Assembly (NCBI GenBank): GCA_964016885.1
Contig: OZ024747.1
Span: forward strand, 52,638,001 to 52,702,000
From: Eledone cirrhosa
Lineage: Eukaryota
DNA: 64,000 bases
Direction of reading: 5' to 3'
A program made the position numbers and the translations under genes. How positions within the stretch are numbered: position 1 is the first letter of the stretch; each line of letters opens with the position of its first letter. Below the pieces are notes generated by a model. That model saw nothing but the letters and a program-made list of their open reading frames with translations, was not told where the DNA came from and made no database searches. Below, one piece after another: positions 29,153 through 41,263 of the stretch.

Positions 29153-29269
29153 CCCCAGAAACACATAACTAACACACACTCATATTCACTATAACTACTT
29201 CCACATCATAGTACATTATGAGAGAGAGAGAGAGAGAAAGAATGACAGTGTGAACAAGAGAGAATGAGA

Positions 29270-29304
<35 letters not shown>

Positions 29305-29470
29305 CGAGAGAGAGAGTGTGTGTGTGTGTGTGAACGAGAGAGAGAGAGAGAATGAGTGCGAGAGAATCGGAGTGAGATTTAAATATTTTTTACTTGACTT
29401 TATAGTAAATAAATTAACCTTAATAAGCAATATAAGAGGAATTAACGCTGACAAAGGGCATATCCTTGCT

Positions 29471-29687
29471 TTAACCCTTTAATGGTCAAACCGGCCAAAA
29501 TTCTCTACCTCTTTCTGTTGAAACTGGCTGTAACTGGTTGCTCAAACTGATGTTAAGGTATTGTTCTCAAAATAAATACTTTCAAAATCTCATAGATTCG
29601 ATATTATGCGAGATATTATGTGAGGTAAAGCCTTTACCATGAAAATATAATAGTATATATAGGGTAATGTTAATGCTAAAGGGTTAA
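29471..29687 (+). mobile_element. piggyBac-like MITE
   Basis: TTAA-CCCTTT ... AAAGGG-TTAA termini. The interior is shared with copies at 38955-39148 and 41264-41830. Confidence 0.8.
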
Positions 29688-29709
29688 GGTGAGATCATAG
29701 ACATGTTTA

Positions 29710-29925
29710 TGTGGGAGAGTATGTATGATATAGTGTGTGTATGGTGAGCATGTTGGGGTGTATGGGAGAGCATGTGGGGGTGTATGAGATAGTGTGTATG
29801 GTTGAGCATATGGGTGAGTATGGGAGAGCATGTGGCTGTTTATGGAAGAGCTTGTGGGGGTGTATGAGATAGTGTGTATGGGAGAGCATGTGTGTGTGTA
29901 TGGGAGCGAGAATGTGTGTGTGTGT
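29710..29925. repeat. Degenerate GT-rich minisatellite
   Basis: Recurrent TGTATGGGAGAGCATGT and TGTATGAGATAGTGTGTATG units. Confidence 0.7.
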
Positions 29926-30880
29926 AGGGCTCAGAAGTGAGATGCAGGCTCCCAACCAAATGTAGTCATTAACTCTGCTTCCAGTACCAACCAGGTCTGT
30001 TGATGACCAAGCAGGGAAAGGAGACATTGAATGATGATGATGATGATGATGATGATGAAATGATTGAATTTACAACTGAAAAATATATTTCTGTGTGTGA
30101 ACAGTTGACAATGTGGAGTAATGAATACTCTTCATTTACATCAAGGACATTTCTAGACGTTTCTAGATACTTTTTGGGGCCTACACTTTTTTTTTATAAA
30201 ACTGTTAAGAGGAGAGAAGAGAAGTCCTTGATGCAACATATCTACTATACATCAGCTGATGAGTGATTTTAGGTATGTGTGTGTGTGTAATCTAGAAATC
30301 TGAAAGGCTGACAACAGCCATTAAAATATTTCAACCCTGTTGCTCTGGGGTCTGATTTGAAGAAGTTATTGTGTAAATGTTTTAAGTAGATGTAGTTTGC
30401 TCTGTTTCAACTTTATATTTCCCTCTCCCTACAGGAACATTAAAAGACAATGATGAAGTATATATATTTCTATTCTATGATAACTTATACAGCATTAAGA
30501 AAACCCTTTGGAAAAATTTGATGTCAGTATGGGATGGGAAAACCTTGCAGCGGTCAGCAATCTTGTCAGACTATATATATATATTACCGGAGACATTAAA
30601 GGGATGAGGGCTTACTCCTCCACAGAGAGATGAGAGAGGAGCATTATAGAGATGACAGTCTACTCTCCCACAACAAACTGATTAGGATATAGGAAGAACA
30701 CCCAGCTCTATTTCAAATACTTTCAATACCAGTTTATGATGAAGTAGAGTATGATATATCATATATTACTTTAAAAAGATCTATCATTTCATCTAATGAA
30801 TTATCAAATTAAATCCTTCACAAGTGATGATGATAGAATGGGAAGTATCCGTATGAATGTATATATGTGTGTGTGTGTAT

Positions 30881-30913
<33 letters not shown>

Positions 30914-31070
30914 ATTACATGCGATATTTCAATACTGGTTTTGAATACAGGTGAGATGTGATGTGTAGAAAATTTGAAAGTTGGTGTGAATGAACTGAAG
31001 CACAAACTGATCCTGTGATAAAACTAAACAACAGAAAATATAGAGCAGTGAGAAGTGCTAATAATATAAT

Positions 31071-31259
31071 TGTTTCTACTTTAGGGACAAGGCCATCAAT
31101 TACCCAGTACATTACTGGTACTTTATTTTATCGACCCCGTAAGGATGAAAGGCAAACTTAACCTCGGCGGGATTTGAACTCAGAATGGCAAGGGTCGCAA
31201 CTCTATGCATCAAAGCATGGCGTCCGACCCTCTACCGATACTGCCAAACCACCGCCCTC
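31071..31259 (-). mobile_element. tRNA-derived SINE, family A (Meta/MESC-like central domain)
   Basis: The minus strand reads B-box-like GAGTTCAAATCCCGCC, then GCCTTTCATCCTTACGGGGTCGATAAAATAAAGTACCAGT. Many related copies occur in the window. Confidence 0.85.
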
Positions 31260-31434
31260 AACTGCTAATAATATAATATAATCTATTAATGGCTTCAGTC
31301 ATTGGAGTTTGGACATGTTTGACCAATGACTTGGGACATTGAGACATTCAGCTTCAGACCCTTTCATTACCTGAAAAAGTCCTGCCCAACTTATGGAAAT
31401 GTCAACATAAATGTGATATATATATATATATAGT

Positions 31435-31610
31435 TGTTTCTACATTTGGCACAAGGCCAGCAATTACCCAGTACATTACTGGTACTTTATTTTATCGACC
31501 CCATAAGGATGAAAGGCAAAATTAACCTCAACAGGATTTGAACTCAGACCATAAAGGGACTGGAAAGCAAGGCATCTGACCCTCCACCGATACTGCCAAT
31601 TCACCACCCT
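31435..31610 (-). mobile_element. SINE family A copy
   Basis: Aligns by eye to 31071-31259. Confidence 0.85.
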
Positions 31611-31879
31611 TATATATATATTGTTATATATATATAATAGCACTAAGACAGTGTATAAGCATAATAGCGGCTACCCATATGTTTATTGTATATAAATATA
31701 TATGATATGTTTTCATATACACCACTATATATATATATTTCGTTTTTGAATTTGTTTTGCAAGATTTTTTTATCTGAAAACATGTATTGAAACAGATATT
31801 GTCATACTTTGGGAGGATCACTAAACACACACACGCCTGTTGGTTTTCACTTCAATTTATAATAAATTTCCTCAGTGTA

Positions 31880-32090
31880 GGAATAACATACATAGGTGAA
31901 ACAACCCGTAGCATAAGAGAAAGAATAAATAAGCACTGGTGAGAACACCAAGATGGTAAAATCTCATCAGTACTCCACCAACATGCCAAAATAGAAGATA
32001 GGGGCACACTAGAGAACATAGAGATAAAAATTATATCCACACACAGAAAAGATGCAATTCTCAGACAAATCACAGAGGCAACAAACATAA
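31880..32090 (+). pseudogene. GIY-YIG endonuclease remnant of a Penelope-like retroelement
   Basis: Manual translation GITYIGETTRSIRERINKHW*EHQDGKISSVLHQHAKIE...IKIISTHRKDAILRQITEA shows the YIGET-R..ER..H and R..EA motifs, with an in-frame stop. Confidence 0.8.
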
Positions 32091-32309
32091 ACCAAAATTA
32101 AACAGAAAACATGGGTAGAATAGCAACATCACAACTAGTAATTAAGGACAAAATGAAGACATACAGACACACACAAAGACCAAACTGACAAAATAAATCA
32201 GACACAGATAGAACAAACAACGAACCAGTGACAAGTAAATAAACACATAAAGAAAGAAAGAAAAACACACACACACACACACACACGGACGTAATGCATG
32301 CGCAAATTA

Positions 32310-32500
32310 AACATCATCATCATCATCTTCGTTTAACGTCCATTTTCCATGCTAGCATGGGTTAGACGAGAGTTGTCCCACTTGAGGCAAGGTTGGTCGG
32401 ATGATCATGTCTCGCTCATATAGGACTATCTGGCAGGTTTTCTACGGCTGGATGCCCTTCCTAACACCACCCACATTTACAGTGTGGAACTGGAAACTTT
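32310..32500 (-). mobile_element. SINE with Ceph-like domain and RTE-type (ATG)n tail
   Basis: The minus strand contains GGTGTTAGGAAGGGCATCCAGCCGTAGAAA and ends in GGACGTTAAACGAAGATGATGATG. Confidence 0.75.
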
Positions 32501-32731
32501 TTACCGTGTTACCTACACGGCCACATTACAGCGTTGGCTGTGTGTTTTTTTTCTCGTGACACCTACACGATCTCGATCTCATTTATTTGGACTGGATGTT
32601 GTGGTACCAACTTTACAGAGAGAGGATGGTGTTGGTGGGAGTGGAAGGATAGGGTAGGGGTAGTGGATTGGGGTGTATATAAAAACAAGATGGTGTAGGA
32701 CAACAAAGGCAAGACACAAAATAAAAAGCTA

Positions 32732-32774
32732 GTTACTGAGGAGGTCACAGAATGTGTGACGAAAGAGATTTGAC
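32732..32774 (+). ncRNA. Minimal type I hammerhead-like motif (degenerate) in Penelope-like repeat
   Basis: GTTA-CTGAGGAG-GTCACA/TGTGAC stem II-GAAA-GAGATT-TGAC. Confidence 0.5.
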
Positions 32775-32890
32775 AATATACAAACAATCATCCGGTTATC
32801 GAACCAACCAATGAACCGGAAATTTATAATAAACTGAAGTGAAAACCAACAGGTGCGTGTGCTTTTATTGGCAGCATGACCCTCCCAAAT

Positions 32891-32933
<43 letters not shown>

Positions 32934-32944
32934 ATATATATTGT

Positions 32945-33410
32945 TATACTTTGGGAGGGTCATGTTGCCAATAAGAAACACACGCACCAGTTGCTTTCAC
33001 TTCAATTTATTATATATTTATAAATTTATAAATTTCTGGTTGGTTGGTTGGTTCCACAACCAGATAGTTGTTTATATATAGTCATAGTTCTTTCGTCACA
33101 CACTCTGTGACCTCTTTAGTGACTGGGGATTCCTTTCTTTGTTTCTGTGCCTCTCCTTTGTTCTGTCCTACGCCATTTTGTTTCTGTGTGTGTGTTGTGT
33201 GCTCAGTCTGCGCATGCGCCACATCCGGGCGTCTGTGTGTGTTTATGTTCATTTATTTATTTACATGTTACTGGTTGGTTGTTTGTTCTATGTGTGTGTG
33301 TGTGTTTTCATTTTGTCCTTAATTGTAAGTTGTGATGTTGCTGTTCCACTCATATTTTCTATTTAATTTTGGTTGTAATTCTTTTATGTTTATTGCCTCT
33401 GTAATTTGTG
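32945..33410 (-). mobile_element. Penelope-like element 3' portion, inverted copy
   Basis: The reverse complement matches 32065-32300 and 32680-32895. It includes a second hammerhead-like motif at 33081-33123. Confidence 0.75.
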
Positions 33411-33438
33411 ACCGTACTCGAAAACAAGTTGGCAGCCA

Positions 33439-33440
<2 letters not shown>
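33411..33440 (+). mobile_element. Extreme 3' end of RTE-BovB-like LINE
   Basis: CCGTACTCGAAAACAAGTTGGCAGCCACC followed by (AT)n; nearly identical to the reverse complement of 35049-35080. Confidence 0.6.
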
Positions 33441-33486
<46 letters not shown>

Positions 33487-33503
33487 ATATATATGTATGT
33501 ATA

Positions 33504-33562
<59 letters not shown>

Positions 33563-33761
33563 ATGTATGTATGTATATATGTATGTATATATATATGTAT
33601 GTATATATATATGTATGTATATATATATATGTATGTATATATATATGTATGTATATATATATGTATGTATGTATATATGTATGTATGTATGTATGTATAT
33701 ATATATATGTATGTATGTATATATGTATGTATGTATATATATATGTATGTATATATATATG

Positions 33762-33816
<55 letters not shown>

Positions 33817-33896
33817 GTGTGTATGTATGTATATATATGTATGTATGTATATATGTATGTATATATATATATGTATGTATATATATGTATATATAT
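33441..33896. repeat. (TA)n/(TATG)n microsatellite
   Basis: About 450 bp of TA/TATG. Confidence 0.95.
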
Positions 33897-34057
33897 GTAA
33901 ATGTGGTTGGTGTTAGGAAGGGCATCCAGCTGTAGAAAACCCGCCAGACAGTCCTATGCGAGCAAGACAACCACTCTTGCCTCAAGTGGGAAAACTCCCA
34001 TCCAAACCCATGCAAGCGTGGAACATGGATGTTAAACGATGATGATGATGATGATGA
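33897..34057 (+). mobile_element. SINE 3' half with Ceph-like domain and (GAT)n tail
   Basis: GGTGTTAGGAAGGGCATCCAGCTGTAGAAA ... CCCATGCAAGCGTGGAACATGGATGTTAAACGATGATGAT; inverted relative to 32310-32500. Confidence 0.75.
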
Positions 34058-34067
34058 TATATGTATG

Positions 34068-34104
<37 letters not shown>

Positions 34105-34105
34105 G

Positions 34106-34200
<95 letters not shown>

Positions 34201-34204
<4 letters not shown>

Positions 34205-34357
34205 ATGGGCGGAGGTGGTGAGAACAGACCTCAGATCATTGAAGCTCACGGTGGAGATGACGAGGGACCGTGACGAGTGGAGAGATGCTGTGCTGAATAA
34301 GACCCGTTCCACCCTTGCAAGCAGGGAAAAGCGGACGTAAAATGATGATGATGATGA
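34201..34357 (+). mobile_element. 5'-truncated RTE LINE 3' end
   Basis: Near-identical to about 37107-37265 ([16 protein letters not shown]...LASREKRT*), with (ATG)n tail. Confidence 0.9.
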
Positions 34358-34533
34358 TATATATGTATTTATATATATGTAGGTGTATGTATGTATGTGT
34401 ATGTATGTGTATGTATGTATGTATATATGTGTATGTATATGTATGTATATATATATATATACATATATATGTATATATATATGTATGTACGTATATATAT
34501 GTATGTATGTGTATGTATGTATATGTATGTATG

Positions 34534-34600
34534 TATCAGTTCCCGTCCCACCCTTGCAAGCAGGGAAAAGTGGACGTAAAATGAAATGATGATGAAATGA
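34534..34600 (+). mobile_element. RTE-derived SINE 3' tail fragment
   Basis: ATCAGTTCCCGTCCCACCCTTGCAAGCAGGGAAAAGTGGACGTAAAATGAAATGATG matches the tail of the SINEs at 41461 and 58431. Confidence 0.75.
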
Positions 34601-34898
34601 AAAATGTATGTATATATTTATATATGTATGTATTTATATATATGTATGTATGTATATATACATATATATATACATATACAGGCCATATGCACATATTCAT
34701 CTGTCGAATATGTTCTTTTCACTGTTGGGTATTTCCAGTGTAACATGCGCATATTCGGCAGATAAAAATATTATGAATTTATCCCAATTTTGTATATTAC
34801 AACTTCTCCCTCAGACTTAGTGGTCCACCAACTTTGGATAATTTGATTTTTTCTTTACGAAAATCACAACACGATATATATATATATACATACATATA

Positions 34899-34964
<66 letters not shown>

Positions 34965-34965
34965 C

Positions 34966-35030
<65 letters not shown>

Positions 35031-35048
35031 CATACATATATATATATA

Positions 35049-35195
35049 TGGTGGCTGCCAACTCGTTTTCGAGTACGGCCACTACTTTATATCCATGTAG
35101 GAGAACCCCTACCGATGCGCTGAACGAGTGTGACTTTTCAGTCCAGCCAGCGACTTGAAAACTCTGGTACAAACACTACACTTGTGACAATTATT
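35049..35195 (-). mobile_element. RTE-BovB-like LINE 3' end with C-terminal C2H2 zinc finger
   Basis: Manual minus-strand translation [25 protein letters not shown], then a short 3' UTR ending in GGCAGCCACC(AT)n. Confidence 0.7.
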
Positions 35196-35468
35196 GACAC
35201 ATAGTGCTGGGCCCATGGTACCATGTGAGGACAAGTGCAGAGAGATCTCCAGATATAAAGCAATGCCTGTGCTGTGAAGCTTTTATAGTGAGCAAAGGCA
35301 CTGCACAAAGCCAGTCCCACTCTCTTAACCAAGATGATATTTACCAAAAAGAAGAACAAGTCAACATCATTGGATACCATCAGGGTTGCAGGTGTTATAT
35401 CAGAGTTTTCCTTCTCCTAGAATTCTGCCTTGACAAAGGCTAAGGGGTCATCTCTCCCGGATATATAT

Positions 35469-35567
<99 letters not shown>

Positions 35568-35699
35568 CATACATATATATACATATATATATATATACAT
35601 ATATATATACATATATACATATATATACATATATACATATATATATATATACATACATATATATATATATACATACATATATATATATATACATATATA

Positions 35700-36005
35700 C
35701 TGAAAACGTGTTCTGTTGTGGAGATCAGCTACCCACTTGATGTAAACGTCAGAAAAATACAGGAGAAGGAGGACATCTACGGACCATTGATGAGGAGTTT
35801 ACAAATCCAGTATCCAAGATACACCTTTAGCTTCATACCCATCATTATTGGAGCTACGGGTTATATACCAACCCGCTTGGACCAAAGTATGACTGAACTT
35901 GGATTTGCGGACAAAAAGCGCAGCTCCCTAATTCATAGACTACAAATGGCTGCGATAGCTGGCACCTTCAAAATTTGCAAAACATTCTTGCGATTCAATG
36001 GATGA
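35700..36005 (+). mobile_element. Restriction-like endonuclease C-terminus of an R4/Dong-type non-LTR retrotransposon (truncated)
   Basis: [34 protein letters not shown]...[10 protein letters not shown] matches the RLE pattern (EIS.P..N...K..K...Y..L ... PI.IGA.G). It is embedded in TA arrays. Confidence 0.75.
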
Positions 36006-36087
36006 CAATTTCTTTTCTTTTACAACCTTGCCACCAGGAAGGTGGCCGGTCAAAAAAATATACTCGAAATTAAGAGAAAGAGAAAAC

Positions 36088-36541
36088 ATATAGACATACA
36101 TACATATATATATATACATACATATATATATATACATATATATATACATACATATATATATATATACATATATATATATACATACATATATATATATATA
36201 CATATATATATACATATATATACATATATATATATACATACATATATATATATATATATACATATATATATACATATATATACATATATATATATACATA
36301 CATATATATATATACATATATATATACATACATATATATATATATATACATATATATATACATACATATATATATATATATACATATATATATACATACA
36401 TATATATATATATACATATATATATACATACATATATATATACATACATATATATATACATACATATATATATACATACATATATATATACATACATATA
36501 TATATATATATACATACATATATATATACATACATATATAA
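36088..36541. repeat. (TA)n/(CATA)n microsatellite
   Basis: About 450 bp run; similar runs at 34875-35048, 35461-35699 and 37270-37620. Confidence 0.95.
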
Positions 36542-36621
36542 CAGGTAGGGAGAAATATGTATGCAGTAGATGTACAGGGAAATTAGACAGTAGAAGTCGC
36601 ACTGATAGACACATTTTTCAA

Positions 36622-37270
36622 ATGCGAGAGGGCGCTATAGAAGTGGTGGATAGCTTCCGGTACCTAGGAGATCAGATTAGGATGGGAGGAGGGTGTTCCG
36701 AGGCCATAGTATCTAGAATAAGGACGGGTTGGAAGAAGTTTAGGGAGCTGCTTCCTCTGTTGACGAAGAAGGGTTTCTCCCTGCGTACGAAAGGCCGGTT
36801 GTATGATGCCTGTGTGAGGAGCGCGATGCTGCATGGTAGTGAGACATGGGCAGCAACCGCAGAGGATATGCGACGGCTGGAGAGAAATGAGGCAAGCATG
36901 CTCCGTTGGATGTGCAGTGTATGTGCGTGAACGACCCAGCATAAATGTGTTGAGAGAGAAACTGTGTCTGAGAGGGATAGAATGTAGTGTACGGGAGAGG
37001 AGACTGAGGTGGTATGGACATGTGATGCGCATGGAGGATGACCGATGGGCGAAGAAGTGCCAGGAAATGCCAGTTGAAGGAAGACGTGGTAGAGGTAGAC
37101 CACGAAAAACATGGGCGGAGGTGGTGAGAACAGACCTCAGATCATTGAAGCTCACGGCGGAGATGAAGAGGGACCGTGACGAGTGGAGAGATGCTGTGCT
37201 GAATAAGACCCGTCCCACCCTTGCAAGCAGGGAAAAGCGGACGTAAAATGATGATGATGATGATGATGAT
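36622..37270 (+). mobile_element. RTE-clade LINE, 5'-truncated (end of RT and C-terminal region; one frameshift)
   Basis: [11 protein letters not shown]...RIRTGWKKF...LHGSETW, then after a frameshift near 36920 RRLRWYGHVMRM...GRRGRGRPRKTW...DRDEWR; ends in an (ATG)n tail. Confidence 0.92.
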
Positions 37271-37292
37271 ACATACATATATATACATACAC

Positions 37293-37332
<40 letters not shown>

Positions 37333-37619
37333 ACATATATATAAATACATATATATATACATACATATATATATATACATACATATATATATACATACAT
37401 ACATATATATATATACATACATATATATATATACATATATATATATATACATACATATATATATATACATATATATATATATACATATATATATATACAT
37501 ATATATATACATACATATATATATACATTCACAAATATATATATATATATACATACATACATATATATATATATACATACATACATATATATATATATAC
37601 ATACATATACATACACATA

Positions 37620-37790
37620 TGTGTGCGTTTCTTGTAACTTAGCAATTAAACAAAATGCAAATGATAAAGTACTTTACAAGATACAAAATGATAAGTTGAC
37701 ATGATCCAGAAAAATTCCCTAAAATTCGTGCTCCAGCAAGGTCGCAGTTATATGGCTGAAACCAGTTTAAAGAATAAAAGAATAAAGTTT
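37620..37790 (+). mobile_element. Degenerate SINE 3' region
   Basis: GTAACTTAGC ... GTGCTCCAGCAAGGTCGCAGTTATATGGCTGAAACCAG ... AAAGAATAAAAGAATA; related to 40300-40465. Confidence 0.55.
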
Positions 37791-37865
37791 TGAATGTATA
37801 AGGTCACACCACACATAAGAGATGGTAGTAGTGCTTTTCAGTGGGAAGAACATGTGTGTATGTGA

Positions 37866-37907
<42 letters not shown>

Positions 37908-38411
37908 TTAACAAAAGGAGGGAAGATTTAAGATAGATAGTTTACAGGACTTAGGAAGGGTGAAAATTTAACAGTTGACCTATATGGGTGATATTCCACC
38001 ACCCACCACACAAAGAAAAAACAAGGCACAGCTATTGTCATAACTGTGGGGAAGGGGTGAGAAAGGGGAAGAGAGAGGCATGGCAAAGACTGTCTCTATG
38101 TGCACACACACACACACATATATAATATATATATATATGTGGAGGGAAGTGGGGAAATTTTTTATTTCTCTATCTCTTTCCTGTTAAGGCAGCTAATAAG
38201 GTTTACAGGAAAAAGGTTCCCAGTGAAAAAGAAATAATTTTAATATAAATAAACTGAGTAGTAGTGTGTATGTTTAAGTGAGTATATATATATATATATA
38301 CACATACATACACACAGTATAATATAAATTCAGTTGTAGTGTCTCTGTATATATCTATCTACACACAGCTTAATATAAATAAACTCTTAGTTATTCTGTA
38401 TGTTTATGTAA

Positions 38412-38454
<43 letters not shown>

Positions 38455-38954
38455 CATTCACAAATATAAATATACATTCACACATACATTTAATTAAACT
38501 TCAATTACCACTATTAGTGATGATAAACATTGGTAGAAGTGACAAAAGTAAAAAGAATTCAGTGAAAATTTGATAAAACCTATTTAAATAAAAAAATGCT
38601 TCTTTTAATTGTTAGGTGTTTCTGACATAGTTTAAAGGAGATTTGTCAATAATGAAGGTCTATGAATCTACGCGGACATTATGGAAGCATCAAGCATTGA
38701 GAAAACCATGGGAGCCTGACCATTTCCTTTTTATACCAGTTACCATAGTGACCTCTGCATGTTTATGGTCCCTAAGAGGTGGAAGGGTTGATGCAGTGGG
38801 AATTGCTGGCACTAATGGTTTGCAGTATTTAGTTATGACCTTCTACAATCGGATTTCAAATCCTGCCGTGGTCAACTTTGTTTTTCATCCTTCAATGGCT
38901 CATAGGTAAAGCTCATTTCAGTGGGATTTGAACTCAAAATATAAAGGGCCATAA

Positions 38955-39148
38955 TTAAACCTTAAGCATTTTCATTACTTTATATTTACTTTTGTATTTT
39001 CATGGTAAAGGATGTATCTCACATAATATTGAATCTATGAGATTTTGATATTTATTTTGAGAACAATACTGTATGAACGGCCAGTTTTAACAGAAAGTGG
39101 TGAGAGAATTCTGGCCAGTTACAGCCAGTTTAGATGCTAATGGGTTAA
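38955..39148 (-). mobile_element. piggyBac-like MITE inserted in a SINE A head
   Basis: TTAA-bounded reverse complement of the 29471 element. The flanks (GGGATTTGAACTC ... CATTTCGTCC ... TGCCAAAC) rejoin as a SINE A head. Confidence 0.7.
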
Positions 39149-39569
39149 ATACTTCATGACATTTCGTCCACCACTGTAATGGTTGTGCCAAACAATAATA
39201 ATAAATTTGAAGCCAGGAAATGAAGTAAACTAGAATGAAAAAATTTCTAAATATATATTTGTTGTCATAAGTGAATATTTAGATATAATTAAAAACCAAC
39301 AAAAAATAATATAAAATGAAATAAAATATTGCCTTGATGTTGATAAGAAAAGACTGATTATTAGATGTTATTCAAGAAAGCAGATTAGAGAGAGAGAATA
39401 TATTAAAAGAGTATGGAAAAAAACAAAACCCAGCCAAACTAACCAGGAGCAGAGAGGAAATAATGATTTCTAATTTACATACAAAGCCAGTAATTTGAGG
39501 AAGATAGGGAAAGTTCATTACTTGACTGATAATATATCCCTGGATGTATGAGTAACAAAGTTGACTGTA

Positions 39570-39897
39570 GTAAGATTTGAACGGAAAGCAAGGTATAGTA
39601 ATAAATACTGCAAAACATTTTGTCCAATGTTCTAACAATTCTGCAAGTCCACCACCCTCAAATTGTTGGCACAAGGCCAACAATTTTGGTGGAAGGGAAA
39701 ATTGATTAAATTGACCCAGTGCATTACTGGTGCTTTATTTTATCGATCCCATAAGGATGAAAGGCAAAGTTAACCTCGGCACGATTTGAACACAGATTGT
39801 AAAGTGTCTTGTTGAAGTACAAACCACACCCCTAGGGATCAAACTATGAACCCTACAATCATGAGCCAAACACCCTAAACACTAACCCATACACCTA
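39570..39897 (-). mobile_element. Cluster of SINE A fragments plus CORE-type SINE head
   Basis: GGCACAAGGCC ... AAGGATGAAAGGCAAAGTTAACCTCGGC, followed by AAAGTGTCTTG ... CACCCTAAACACTAA. Confidence 0.65.
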
Positions 39898-40169
39898 TAT
39901 AAGAATCACATAAACAACAGCATCATAACACACAAACCCATGCATATAAGTACATACATGACTGTACTGTTCTTAATGAGATTGTTTCTGCTAAAGCTTG
40001 AAGTTGACAAATGTTTAGTGGGGGAAACTGGGTTGACGGAAAAGAATCTAAGACAATATTCTCTGTCTCTCTCTCTCTCTCTCCCTTTCTTTATATAATG
40101 TTTAGACTCTACTAACGTATTGAGTTCCTTACTAACTGTGGTTACCCCCAACTGACCCCGGGACTCACA

Positions 40170-40221
<52 letters not shown>

Positions 40222-40227
40222 TGATAT

Positions 40228-40465
40228 CTGTCCAACCCATGCAAGCATGGGAAAGCAGATGTATGAACGATGATGATGATGATATATGTGTGTGTGTTTC
40301 CATGTTTATGTCTGTAACTTAGCGGCTCAACAAAAAAAAAAGCGATAAATTAAATAGGAGACTTAAAAAAAAGAAGTACTGGGGTCGATATGATTGACTA
40401 AATCAGTGCCCCAGCATGGCCACAGTTTAATGTCTTAAAGCAAGTAAAAGAATTAAAAGAATATA
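40228..40465 (+). mobile_element. RTE-type tail fragment plus SINE 3' region
   Basis: CCAACCCATGCAAGCATGG ... GATGATGAT, then GTAACTTAGCGG ... GTGCCCCAGCATGGCCACAGT. Confidence 0.6.
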
Positions 40466-41263
40466 GCATACTTAAAAAAATCTAGAGTGTGAACCAGATA
40501 ATCACAGAAAAACCTACACACACACACACACACACACACGTGTATATGCCATCACAATAGCATAAGGAAAAACCTGCACACACACACACACATGTATGTG
40601 TGCTCTCTCATAATAATGCAGAATAAGATGAAAACCCACAAACACATCATATATGTATGCCCTCACATAATAGCACACACAAATGTATGTATGCACTCAC
40701 ACACATATATATATACGCAGGCATATTTATGTGTGCTTTCACAGTATGTATTGCCTGCATCCAGTTCTAAGAGATGAAAAAAGTGCCGAATATCTTTTGA
40801 AAGTTTAAATTGTGCAATTAATTATATATAGTGGACAAGCTGAATAGACAAGTGGTAAAACCTTTAACAAGCCATGCAAATTTATTTACACGGAAACTCA
40901 AACCCAACAGCTAATGAATATTCAATTTTAATGGAGAGAAGAATAAAATAAAAAATAGAGCAAAACCATAATGACTACTACCACCACAGCACCCAACCAC
41001 ATCACTAATAATAATTATTATTATTGTAATACATTTTTATGTTGTTTTTTTTTTTCTGCTTTAATAATCTCAAAGCTAACAACAACAACACTGTTGTTTT
41101 AATGATATATTTCTTTATAGTAAAGCTAAAATGTCCCATGAGAACCAGTTCCAGAATAAGAAACAACACTAAATAAAATAAAATAAATTGTATAAATTGT
41201 AGAAACAAAAATTATTTCTAATTTAGGCACAAGGTCAGCAATTTGAGGGAAGGGAAAAGTTCA

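Larger units (their letters stand above)
31798..32895 (+). mobile_element. Penelope-like element fragment (GIY-YIG region plus 3' pLTR-like end), interrupted by a SINE
   Basis: Contains the GIY-YIG remnant and a hammerhead-like motif at 32732-32774. A short inverted copy of its own 3' end lies at 31798-31870. An inverted partner copy lies at 32945-33410. Confidence 0.75.

Noticed and set aside
35109-35190. Host C2H2 zinc-finger gene exon
   Set aside because: A single finger followed by a stop, a short UTR and an (AT)n tail repeated elsewhere fits an RTE-BovB C-terminus better.
33332-37637. YI/YM/HT-rich ORFs (also 42173-42994 and 57689-59169)
   Set aside because: These are translations of TA/CA/TATG microsatellites.
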